A stretch of 64,000 nt of DNA, taken from NCBI RefSeq assembly GCF_024972775.1, contig NZ_CP092282.1, positions 3,747,525 through 3,811,524 of the forward strand. The letters run 5' to 3'. The position numbers were made by a program, and so were the translations under genes. Below are positions 19,810-28,387 of the stretch, piece after piece (within the stretch, counting starts at the first letter, position 1; each line of letters starts with the position of its first letter). This DNA is from Dehalobacter sp. DCM. Its GTDB lineage: Bacteria; Bacillota; Desulfitobacteriia; Desulfitobacteriales; Syntrophobotulaceae. The notes below the pieces were generated by a model, which ran no database searches, was not told the origin of the DNA, and saw only the letters and a list, made by a program, of their open reading frames with translations.

Positions 19810-20280
19810 TTCTTTCCTCCAATATCTTTATTTACCGCCTTCACGAAACCACATCGGTAGGTTGAGTTCAAATTACATAAAGTAAACTGCAATACCAGCC
19901 AGCAAACAGGGAATTTCAAATAAAAATAAAGCAAAACTAATTTTAGACCGTTTTCTATAGTCTTCGGCATCTGAATAATTTGGATATGAACGTATGTTTA
20001 AATTTATCACCTGCCTTTATAAAAATACTCCCTAGATATTTTTATGCCTAAATCATTCAGAAGAAACCAAAACATGTTCCTTAGACACACGATATCTTTA
20101 TCCAATATTTGTATAATTCTCTTTTAATAGCTTCTTTCCTTTCTTTTCCTACATTTTTATAATATTTTAATCAAGCCATAGCATTATTCTTCCTGATACA
20201 GCAAAAACCGCTTTCGCGGTTTTTATATGTGTATCAGAAAGATATAAATCCATCTGAATATCTTATTTAAGTTTACTTCA

Positions 20281-20796
20281 CTATATCTCCTCACGTCGCA
20301 ATTGCTCAATTTTCCACTGGCATTTCCAGACGATCCTTAACAACGCTAACGTGATAATCCCGAGCAACACTGTTAAAGCACCAATAACAACTTCACCCGT
20401 TTCCATAGCGGCCATCAGCTCCATCAAGAAACAGATGGTTTCAATTACCAAAAAGACGGTGAAAAAACGTTTGATCTTACGGTATTGCGCTATTTTGGAC
20501 TGTGCATCGGTATACATCTCAAAGGGCCCATCGGCAGCCTTTTTGCGCAGGAATACCCATCGCCACCACTGACCGACTACTTCGACGCCGGCCTCCTCCA
20601 TAAACGTGGCATAATCGGTCTTATCGCCATGCCAATTATCCAGTATATCAATCTGATAATTGTATTCGCCGGGTTCACAGGGTACAAACGTATAAAAGCC
20701 GAGGAAAAACTGTTTCAGCGCCCATCCTTCCAAACACATTTTCTGCAGCCAATCTTGCTCGGCATCTTTATCATAATACAATCTGAATTTTAACAT
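20281..20796 (-). CDS. DUF2812-family protein (PadR-associated)
   Basis: N-terminus MLKFRLYYDKDAEQDWLQKMCLEGWAL and C-terminal TM segments. It lies immediately downstream of the PadR gene. Confidence 0.65.
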   Translation of the reverse strand: MLKFRLYYDKDAEQDWLQKMCLEGWALKQFFLGFYTFVPCEPGEYNYQIDILDNWHGDKTDYATFMEEAGVEVVGQWWRWVFLRKKAADGPFEMYTDAQSKIAQYRKIKRFFTVFLVIETICFLMELMAAMETGEVVIGALTVLLGIITLALLRIVWKCQWKIEQLRREEI

Positions 20797-20920
20797 CGTG
20801 TCTTTCCCCCTCTCATCTATCTTAATTGTCTTTATTTATCTTATGGTTTTCATTTATCTTATTGTTTTCATTTTCTTATTCTCTTTGTGGTTTTCGCTAT
20901 TATCGTCTTCTCTCTTATCA

Positions 20921-21280
20921 TCATCGCCCATCCACATCCATCAAATTACTTTGTTCCATCTTTTGTGCGTTGCAAATAAGTTCCTGCAGCCTTTGCACTT
21001 CGTTTTGAAAGACCTCCATACCCCGGCTTGTCAACAGGTATTCTTTTTTCTTTCGGGATTCCTTATCCTCACTGTATAAGCGGATCCACCCTTTGGTCAG
21101 CATGGAGTTAATCGCGCCGTATAAAGTTCCGGGACCTAAAGCGACTCTTCCACCTGTCATCTCATTAATATCTTGGATAATTCCATAGCCATGATTCGGT
21201 GTTCGCACTGCCAATAGAATATAAAACAAAGCTTCCGTCAACGGTGTATTATCCAAACCTCTCATCCTCCGATATATCAT
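20921..21280 (-). CDS. PadR-family transcriptional regulator
   Basis: ALFYILLAVRTPNHGYGIIQDINEMTGGRVALGPGTLYGAINSMLTKGWI is the PadR winged HTH. Confidence 0.8.
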   Translation of the reverse strand: MIYRRMRGLDNTPLTEALFYILLAVRTPNHGYGIIQDINEMTGGRVALGPGTLYGAINSMLTKGWIRLYSEDKESRKKKEYLLTSRGMEVFQNEVQRLQELICNAQKMEQSNLMDVDGR

Positions 21281-21579
21281 CTAACGATATATAATATATC
21301 ACCTTACGATATATCTGTCAATGATATATTATAAACAAAAACAAAAGCCGCCCCAGTCTGGGAAGACCTGAGCAGCTCCATAAAGACAAACTATATTTAT
21401 GAGGGGAAGATGTGATCCCTTCCAGTATGATGCAGGTATTTTTTTGCCTGGCACGCAGTCATAGACATACCCTTAAATGAAGCGATGCCGCTACGAAATT
21501 AACGAAATACGGTGGATAATCTATCGCTTAAAGGTAGATATTAAATATACAGCAACTAAAATACATTCACAAGGGGATA

Positions 21580-21732
21580 ATGTCGATGGATAATAACAAA
21601 AATCGAAACAAAGACAGAGAGAAAAGCAACGCGGAATTGAGAAAAATGAAGCCGAAAGATAATGCGGACGTCGGAATCATCAACGGCGAAAAAATCGGTG
21701 TCCATGACGGCAAGCATGAAAAAAGCAAATAA
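21580..21732 (+). CDS. small (50 aa) highly charged protein
   Basis: Manually translated ATG ORF (MSMDNNKNRNKDREKSNAELRKMKPKDNADVGIINGEKIGVHDGKHEKSK) preceded by AAGGGG 8 nt upstream. It is below the ORF-track size cut-off. Confidence 0.3.
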   Translation: MSMDNNKNRNKDREKSNAELRKMKPKDNADVGIINGEKIGVHDGKHEKSK

Positions 21733-21740
21733 ACTTTTTT

Positions 21741-22196
21741 TTATTTCCCAAACAATTCTCTGATTTTCTTCCAAAGCCCAGTTCCAACCATATTATCGGC
21801 GATCTTAATAATTTCCTGGACTCTGTTCAGGATATCGCCCTCACCGGCCCAATGCCGGCGGACGACCTCCGGATCCGTATTATTGATGATCGCGTCCAGA
21901 ACATAAGCAGCTACCGAGATATCATCAACAAATCCTACCGGGCCTAAAAAGACCTCCGGGATTAAATCAATCGGCGAGACAAAGTAAGCGATGGCGATGG
22001 CCAGCTTGGCTTTGTCGTCTACGTTAACATCTTTGTCAACGGTCAACTTGCACAGAAGATGAAACAAATCGGGGGCAATCAGGATATACTCCGCATATTG
22101 ATTCGTTTTGCCCTCTTCACTGGCGAAATAATCCTTGATCTTTTTCCTCAGGGATTGATAAAAATCAACATGGTCGTTCCGAATGGGATCAGTCAT
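21741..22196 (-). CDS. DUF1232 (YkvA-like) protein
   Basis: Motif DLIPEVFLGPVGFVDDI. The start is probably MTDPI. Confidence 0.6.
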   Translation of the reverse strand: MTDPIRNDHVDFYQSLRKKIKDYFASEEGKTNQYAEYILIAPDLFHLLCKLTVDKDVNVDDKAKLAIAIAYFVSPIDLIPEVFLGPVGFVDDISVAAYVLDAIINNTDPEVVRRHWAGEGDILNRVQEIIKIADNMVGTGLWKKIRELFGK

Positions 22197-22281
22197 GGCA
22201 ATACCTCTTTTCATCTTTTCATTTTTTTATATGTCGCGAGCACCATGGAGGGTGCAATAAGAACGGTGTACCGTGTACCAG

Positions 22282-23649
22282 TCATGTATCCTTCCGCTTA
22301 AGATTGGCCGTGACAGAATTGCTGTTTCTAATAGTATCAGCCATTCCTAATAAAATATTTTTATTATTCAACTCCGGGTTCTGCAAAACCTCTTCCATCA
22401 AATACCTTAGGGTATCGCCTAATCGCTTTCCCGGTTCAAAACCAATCATCCTCAGATCATTGCCATTCACCTTCAAATCCTTCAAGGCTAAAGGTTCTTT
22501 CTGGTTCAAAATACGTTCGACTTCTTTTCTCTGCCTGATGATTTTACTAAAGTCGTGAGGCGGCTTGCTTCCTTGGACATCTGCCAGCTGAAGTGCGAAT
22601 AGATCGTCCAAATTGTCAACGCCGACTCGGGTAATGAACCTTTTTATACTGGCAGTGCGCAGGGTGTCATACCGATACATATGATTATAGACGAGAATTC
22701 CAACTTTCTTCACTGTATCATGATCGAACTTTAAGCGCAACAAAATGTCTCTGGCCATGTCCGCGCCCAGTTTATGATGCTCGTAAAAATGACCAATGCC
22801 ATCTTCACCCAATGAAAATGCTGCCGGTTTCCCGATATCGTGCATTAAAGCCGCCCACCTTAGGGACAACGTATTGGGAACCGCATCCAGAACAAGCATA
22901 GTGTGTTCCAATACATCTTTATGATGATGCGGATTATGCTGATCAAAATCTGCCAGGCTGCAGATTTCAGGAAGGAAATAGCGCAATAATCCGGTTTTGT
23001 ATAAAAGGCTGATTCCCCGGCTTGGGAAATCAGAAATCAATATTTTATTCGTTTCCTCTCGGATTCTTTCCATGCTGATCCATTGAATCCGCTCCCTGTT
23101 TCGACAAAGCGAGTCGTAAACCACGCCATCGATAGTGGCGCCAAGCTGGCAGGCAAAACGAATACACCGCAGCATGCGCAGGGCATCTTCTCTGAATCGC
23201 TCGTCGGCATTGCCAACGGTGTTGATCACGTTCGCGCGAATCGCTTCCTGCCCACAGAATGGGTCGACGATACCCGTTTTCGGATTATAGGCAATCGCAT
23301 TCATCGTAAAATCCCGCCTGGCCAGATCCTCAATCAATGAGGATGAATATTTGATCGTGTCCGGCCGCCGGTTGTCCGAGTATTCGCCATCGATTCGATA
23401 CGTCGTCACTTCAAACGGCTCATGATCCAGCATCACGGTAATCGTCCCATGCTTCAGGCCGGTAGGAATGGTATGGTAATCCTTAAACACAGTGAGCATT
23501 TGCTCCGGCAAGGCGTTGGTGGTAATATCCCAATCCTTTGGCATTACCCCCAAGATCAGGTCACGGACGCAGCCACCCACGATAAAGGCTTCGTATCCGC
23601 TGAACTCTAATATTTCAATAATTCTTTTAGCTTTTGGATTTATAAGCAC
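22282..23649 (-). CDS. cca: CCA tRNA nucleotidyltransferase with HD phosphohydrolase domain
   Basis: Pol-beta head GGCVRD...DWD and HD motif ALMHDIGKP. GTG start with AGGAG 7 nt upstream. Confidence 0.8.
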   Translation of the reverse strand: MLINPKAKRIIEILEFSGYEAFIVGGCVRDLILGVMPKDWDITTNALPEQMLTVFKDYHTIPTGLKHGTITVMLDHEPFEVTTYRIDGEYSDNRRPDTIKYSSSLIEDLARRDFTMNAIAYNPKTGIVDPFCGQEAIRANVINTVGNADERFREDALRMLRCIRFACQLGATIDGVVYDSLCRNRERIQWISMERIREETNKILISDFPSRGISLLYKTGLLRYFLPEICSLADFDQHNPHHHKDVLEHTMLVLDAVPNTLSLRWAALMHDIGKPAAFSLGEDGIGHFYEHHKLGADMARDILLRLKFDHDTVKKVGILVYNHMYRYDTLRTASIKRFITRVGVDNLDDLFALQLADVQGSKPPHDFSKIIRQRKEVERILNQKEPLALKDLKVNGNDLRMIGFEPGKRLGDTLRYLMEEVLQNPELNNKNILLGMADTIRNSNSVTANLKRKDT

Positions 23650-23843
23650 ACGAAACTCCTATACTTCTGATTAGTCAAATCGCTGGGGGATTCAACGGTA
23701 ATTCCCCTGACATCAATGTCCGAACCTACGGTGTTCGTCCCATAAGCATAAGATCCGCTTAAGGTCAGTAAGATAACATGCTTACCGAGATGGGGTTCGT
23801 TTCGGATAAATTGATATTCAGGTTGCTGCAATAACTCTTTCAT
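23640..23843 (-). pseudogene. truncated nucleotidyltransferase (67-aa N-terminal remnant with intact SD)
   Basis: LTLSGSYAYGTNTVGSDIDVRG is the N-terminal nucleotidyltransferase fold motif of ~250-aa proteins. The ORF stops after 67 aa and its last codons overlap the cca start. Confidence 0.45.
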
Positions 23844-24242
23844 GATATTTCTTCCTCTTTAAGGAGAATGTATTACCTTATATGATATCACAAATTAGGG
23901 AATAAGCATCTTTCTCCGTCTATGCATCGCTCCAAGACTGCCGGAGCATACTAAGCATTCATTAAAACAAAACATCATGTACTTCTATTTTTTACCGAAA
24001 CACAGGCCCTTTGTCTTTTTATTTCCTATTTCAGGGATAATTATGAGCATGGTATATTCCCGGGTATTAGTCAACTTGGAAATGTTCCATGAACCTGAAA
24101 ATTTCCTAATAAGAGCAGGTAATTTTACGTTTTGGTTTGCGCTTGCAACCTGGGGCTACTTTAAATTAAACAGTTATATTGAAACAAAACATCATAAGCA
24201 TGAATGTCAGAAGGATTAGAAAAGAGGTATACAGGTTTGATG

Positions 24243-24385
24243 ATCTATTCCAGCCTTTATTGACCTTGCCAATACAGATCAGGCTGCCGTTCCACATATT
24301 GATTGGAATTAACAGACGTTCCCCGGGCTATCGCGGACACCGCCCAATACATATGATCATCGCTTCGGTATCGATATAATTATGG
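24243..24385 (-). pseudogene. rtcB-paralog fragment
   Basis: About 140 nt with ~85% nucleotide identity to 30399..30540 inside rtcB (ccagcctttatt...gatcaggctgccgt...catattgattggaat...cgcttcggtatcgatata). No ORF spans it. Confidence 0.6.
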
Positions 24386-24424
24386 CTATTTGTGATTTAT
24401 TTCACTTAATTAACTTCATCCCTT

Positions 24425-24530
24425 CCTTCAAGGGCAACGTTATCGGAGCCGCGTCCAGAACGAGCAAGATATAATCCAACACATTTTGATGATGACGCCG
24501 ATACTGCTGATCCAGGCGGAGGTTTTACAA
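24425..24530 (-). pseudogene. cca/HD-domain paralog fragment
   Basis: About 105 nt with ~70% identity to 22850..22960 of cca (gcgtccagaac.agca...tgatgatg.cg.at..tgctgatc). No ORF spans it. Confidence 0.5.
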
Positions 24531-24622
24531 ATCGGGAACGTTGGTAAATAAATGGGACAATTGCCCTGGTCTTTTTTATTCAATCGCTTTGAATTACAAG
24601 GGATTTTATTTCGTTATTGTAT

Positions 24623-24638
24623 TGGCACGCTATTTGCA
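24623..24638 (+). promoter_or_regulatory. sigma-54 (-24/-12) promoter
   Basis: TGGCACGCTATTTGCA matches the TGGCACG-N4-TTGCW consensus exactly. It lies 97 nt upstream of the ATG at 24735. Confidence 0.7.
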
Positions 24639-24734
24639 ATATTAGTCTGTGAAACCCAGCGCTGGAGGTTTCCAACAGTTATCTATCAATAATGAAGAAT
24701 GATGAAAACATTATCAGAAAGGAAGGTCGAATCA

Positions 24735-26972
24735 ATGGAAGAAAAAAGCTGGTCATATGCTCAGCATTCCAAACCTTTCAAGTATCAAGAAGGTAATCTT
24801 ACAGTCACTAGGGGTAGTGCCTGGTCAGGACCTGGCTGCCATCTCGGCTGCGGTGTCCTGCTCTATACCGACGAAAACGGTAAACTGGTCAAAGTGGAAG
24901 GAGATCCGGAAAATCCTTATAACGACGGCAGACTTTGTGTTCGATGTCTGAACGTCAATGAAGTGACCAACCACAAAGACCGGCTGCTATATCCCATGAA
25001 ACGTGACCCAAAAGACCGCGGCAAAGATAAATGGGAACGCATCAGTTGGGACGAAGCTTATGACATTATTGTCGAAAAGTTCAATAAAATTAAAGACGAA
25101 TTCGGGGCAGAAACCATTCTCTTTACACAAGGGACTGGGCGCGATATTGCCCAATGGATTTCACGGCTTGCTTGGTCTTTCGGATCACCAAACTATTGCT
25201 ACCATCTTTCTGGTGCAGCCTGTTATCTGCCGCGCGTCGCCGGCATGGCCGTCACCACAGGGGGCTACTGGGTAGCCGATTGTTCACAGCAATTTATTGA
25301 CCGTTATGACAACCCCCAGTATCAAGTACCTGAGACTATGTTCGTTTGGGGTAATTATCCGCTTACCTCCAACTCAGACGGATTTTATGGCCACTGGGTC
25401 ATCGATTTAATGAAACGCGGCATGAAGATTGTCTGCATCGACCCCAAGGTCACCTGGCTGGCTGCCCGTGCGGAAGAGCATCTGCGGGTCCGTCCCGGTA
25501 CCGACGCTGCCCTGGCCCTGGGTATGCTCAATATCATTATCAACGAAGAACTCTATGATAAGGAATTCGTTGAAAAATGGACGCATGGCTTCGATCAGTT
25601 GAAAGAACGGGTACAGGAATACCCTGTGGAAAAAGTCGCTGAAATCACCTGGGTGCCGGCGGAAAAAATCCGCAATGCAGCGCACATTCTGGCAAAAAGC
25701 AAACCGGCGACCATGCAATGGGGACTGGCTGTGGATATGACCAAAGAGTCGCTGCCGGCAAGTCAAGCCATTGCTGCGCTGTTCTATATCACTGGCAATG
25801 CTGATATCCCGGGCGGGATCATTATGCCCCCCGAACTCCTTCCTTACTCCGGCGGTTTCGGCCATGATCTCTTGAGTCCGGAACAGGCAGAAAAACGTAT
25901 CGGTTTAAAAGATTATCCAATCTTCCAGTACGGCTTCCAAATCGCTCAGCCTGATGCCGTTCAAAAAGCACTGGAAACAGATGACCCTTACAAAATCCAT
26001 GCCGGCTGGTTCCAAACCACCAATCCCATTGCCTGTGTTGCCGCTCAGCCGAAGCGTTGGGCCGAAGCAGTCAAGAAACTGGACTTCGTTGTTTTCGTCG
26101 ATATTTTTATGACCCCTTCCATCATGGAAGTCGCAGACATTGTTCTGCCGGCCGCGACGTTCCCTGAGCGCGACGGACTCCGGGTTGGCGACGGTGTACA
26201 AAGAGGCGAAGTCATTAACAAAGTCACCCAAATCGGGGAATGCAAGTCGGACATGCAAATCAACCTCGAACTGGGCAAGCGCTTTAATCCTGCTGCTTGG
26301 CCATGGGAAAATGTCCAGGCAATGTTCTCCGATATTCTGAAACCGACCGGTTTCTCGTTCCAGGAACTTCAGGAAAAAGCGCCGGCCTATATGCCCTTTA
26401 CCTACAAACGCTATGAAAAGGGTCTTTTCAGACCGGATGGGCAGCCCGGGTTTAATACCGGTACCGGGAAAATCGAACTTTATTCTACGTTCTACGAAAT
26501 GGTCGGCCTTGACCCATTGCCCTACTTTGAAGAACCGTCTCCCGGACCGGGCGCCACACCGGAGCTTCTGGAAGAGTACCCGCTGGTGCTCACGACCGGT
26601 GCCCGTATCTGGAGCATGTTCCATTCGGAACACCGCCAAATAGAACGCAACCGTGCTTTCAGACCGGATCCGGAGATTGAAGTTAATCCGGACACGCTCA
26701 AAAAGCTTGGGATCAAAGACGGCGATTGGGTTTGGGTAGAAAACGAACGCGGTCGGGCCAAAAGACGCGTCAAAGGCACTCCGGTAATCGATCCGCGCAT
26801 GTGTTCGTGTGATCACGCCTGGTGGCGGCCGGAAGCAGGCCCTGAAAACCTTTATGATGTTTTAGACCTGAACATCAACAATCTCGTTCCCTGGATTCCC
26901 GGCAAGAGCGGATTTGGTTCCAATTTCAAAACCATGCTGTGCAAGCTTTATAAAGTGAAGGAGGGAGAATAA
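24735..26972 (+). CDS. molybdopterin oxidoreductase catalytic subunit (DMSO-reductase superfamily), cytoplasmic
   Basis: N-terminal Cys motif (CHLGC...CVRC), no Tat/Sec signal, about 745 aa with MopB-like architecture. Start chosen at MEEKSW, 9 nt after AAAGGAAGG. Confidence 0.85.
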   Translation: MEEKSWSYAQHSKPFKYQEGNLTVTRGSAWSGPGCHLGCGVLLYTDENGKLVKVEGDPENPYNDGRLCVRCLNVNEVTNHKDRLLYPMKRDPKDRGKDKWERISWDEAYDIIVEKFNKIKDEFGAETILFTQGTGRDIAQWISRLAWSFGSPNYCYHLSGAACYLPRVAGMAVTTGGYWVADCSQQFIDRYDNPQYQVPETMFVWGNYPLTSNSDGFYGHWVIDLMKRGMKIVCIDPKVTWLAARAEEHLRVRPGTDAALALGMLNIIINEELYDKEFVEKWTHGFDQLKERVQEYPVEKVAEITWVPAEKIRNAAHILAKSKPATMQWGLAVDMTKESLPASQAIAALFYITGNADIPGGIIMPPELLPYSGGFGHDLLSPEQAEKRIGLKDYPIFQYGFQIAQPDAVQKALETDDPYKIHAGWFQTTNPIACVAAQPKRWAEAVKKLDFVVFVDIFMTPSIMEVADIVLPAATFPERDGLRVGDGVQRGEVINKVTQIGECKSDMQINLELGKRFNPAAWPWENVQAMFSDILKPTGFSFQELQEKAPAYMPFTYKRYEKGLFRPDGQPGFNTGTGKIELYSTFYEMVGLDPLPYFEEPSPGPGATPELLEEYPLVLTTGARIWSMFHSEHRQIERNRAFRPDPEIEVNPDTLKKLGIKDGDWVWVENERGRAKRRVKGTPVIDPRMCSCDHAWWRPEAGPENLYDVLDLNINNLVPWIPGKSGFGSNFKTMLCKLYKVKEGE

Positions 26973-26974
26973 GA

Positions 26975-27310
26975 ATGGCTAAGTATGGACTTCTGATCGA
27001 TTACAACTGGTGTACCGGTTGCCATTCCTGTGAAGTAGCCTGCCAAATGGAGTTAGGCCTTCCAGTCGGCCAGTATGGCATTAAACTGACGGAGCTCGGC
27101 CCATGGGAGTATGCACCGGGAAAATGGCAATTGACGTATGTCCCTATTCCCACTGACCAATGCACATTGTGTGATAAACGGGTCGCTATGGGGAAAATCC
27201 CCTCTTGCGTTCAGCACTGTCAGGCAAAATGCATGCAATACGGGCCCTTAGAAGAACTCTCCAAACTGCTGCTTGATCATCCGAAACAGGTACTCTATTC
27301 GTTGGATTAA
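26975..27310 (+). CDS. 4Fe-4S dicluster ferredoxin-type electron-transfer subunit
   Basis: CTGCHSCEVAC and CTLC...CVQHCQAKC cysteine clusters. The gene starts 3 nt after the alpha-subunit stop behind a GGAGGGAG SD. Confidence 0.8.
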   Translation: MAKYGLLIDYNWCTGCHSCEVACQMELGLPVGQYGIKLTELGPWEYAPGKWQLTYVPIPTDQCTLCDKRVAMGKIPSCVQHCQAKCMQYGPLEELSKLLLDHPKQVLYSLD

Positions 27311-27400
27311 GGTTCTGCTGGAACGGGGAAGCGGCCGGCGGTGTACACTCGTCCGCCGCCGAACTCACCCAGCATCCAACTGTACGAAAGGAGCAAAATC

Positions 27401-27790
27401 ATGAACGTGTTGAAACCAATCTTATCCGCTTTCGTTGTCGGAGGAATTTTTTCCGTCATCGGGCAGTTCCTGGCAAACGTGTATACCTCGGCACTCGGAC
27501 CAGGAAATCCATTAATCGACATTTTTACCTTAATCTCACTCGGCCTGATTGGTGCGGTGTTGTATATTACCGGCATCCATCAAAAGATTGAGAAGTTTGG
27601 CGGATACGGGACTATCCTGCCTTTTAACGGCTTTGCCGCCGCCGTAGCAGGTACTTTTTCAACAGCGAAAGCCCAGGCCGGCACTTCTGCTGCGGGAATA
27701 AAAGCAGCCGTATCGCTTGTTGTGTATGTACTGGGTATCGGATCAATTTTAGCGGCAATCGTCGGCATCGTCGCATTTTATACCGTATAG
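27401..27790 (+). CDS. SpoVAC-family membrane protein
   Basis: KPILSAFVVGGIFSVIGQFLANVYTSAL and GTILPFNGFAAAV align with SpoVAC (KNCLYAFFVGGLICVIGQ..., GTLVPITGFANSV). SD AAAGGAG. Confidence 0.75.
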   Translation: MNVLKPILSAFVVGGIFSVIGQFLANVYTSALGPGNPLIDIFTLISLGLIGAVLYITGIHQKIEKFGGYGTILPFNGFAAAVAGTFSTAKAQAGTSAAGIKAAVSLVVYVLGIGSILAAIVGIVAFYTV

Positions 27791-27802
27791 GAGGTTATTT
27801 TG

Positions 27803-28171
27803 ATGTATCTTACAGCGTTTCTTCTTGGCGGTATCCTTTGTGCACTTTTTCAAATATTCGGCATGTTTACGAAGCTTGATCCGCCGCGTGTTCTTATTTT
27901 AGGTGTTGCTATAGGCGGATTGCTGACGCCTTTCGGTATGTTGGCACAACTTGGTCAGTGGGGCGGCGCCGGGCTTACCGTCATGTGTATGGCGGCCGGC
28001 AGTGCCGTGACCGGCACCACGATGGCGCTTCTTGGCGGCAATCCGGTGCCAATTCTGATGATCCTTGGTCTCTTTGTCACTTTGACACTTATCGGGATCG
28101 TAGCAGGCTTAATTCGTGCGGCAGTGACAAAAGATACTGTCGTGAACAATGTACAAAGCGCTAATAAGTAA
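27803..28171 (+). CDS. SpoVAEb-family membrane protein
   Basis: MYLTAFLLGGILCALFQ... parallels the SpoVAEb N-terminus. SD GGAGG. Confidence 0.7.
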   Translation: MYLTAFLLGGILCALFQIFGMFTKLDPPRVLILGVAIGGLLTPFGMLAQLGQWGGAGLTVMCMAAGSAVTGTTMALLGGNPVPILMILGLFVTLTLIGIVAGLIRAAVTKDTVVNNVQSANK

Positions 28172-28387
28172 GACTAAAAAAATTAACGCTTAACGTTTAA
28201 TCAGGATGGCCCGTCAATGTTTTTGCCGGGCCGTCCTAACGCTGATATCCTTATTGGGTACATTATTTTTAATATGGAATTAACGATCGTTATCCTTTAT
28301 AATTAATCATCATCAACGAAATGTTTATATCCTGACCACCCAGCCCGGAATTGTGTTTTTGCCTGTTATTTGGGAGGTGTTTTGTAT

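Noticed and set aside
20798-21079. 93-aa and 60-aa plus-strand ORFs in the PadR/DUF2812 intergenic region
   Set aside because: Low-complexity F/L/S-rich translations produced by a T-rich spacer, overlapping the PadR gene end; no RBS.
21556-21774. 72-aa minus-strand track ORF
   Set aside because: It overlaps the DUF1232 gene end and is antisense to the better-supported 50-codon ORF with a strong SD.
25905-26816. 303-aa ORF on the minus strand inside the molybdoenzyme gene
   Set aside because: It is fully antisense to a well-supported 745-aa CDS with clear motifs and has no recognisable domain or RBS; the Arg/Gly-rich composition is typical of antisense frames.
28214-28248. GGATGGCCCG...CGGGCCGTCC hairpin after the SpoVAEb-like gene as terminator
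   Set aside because: Stable stem but no downstream T-tract (the T-run is inside the loop). It may still act as an RNA-stability element but is not called as a terminator.
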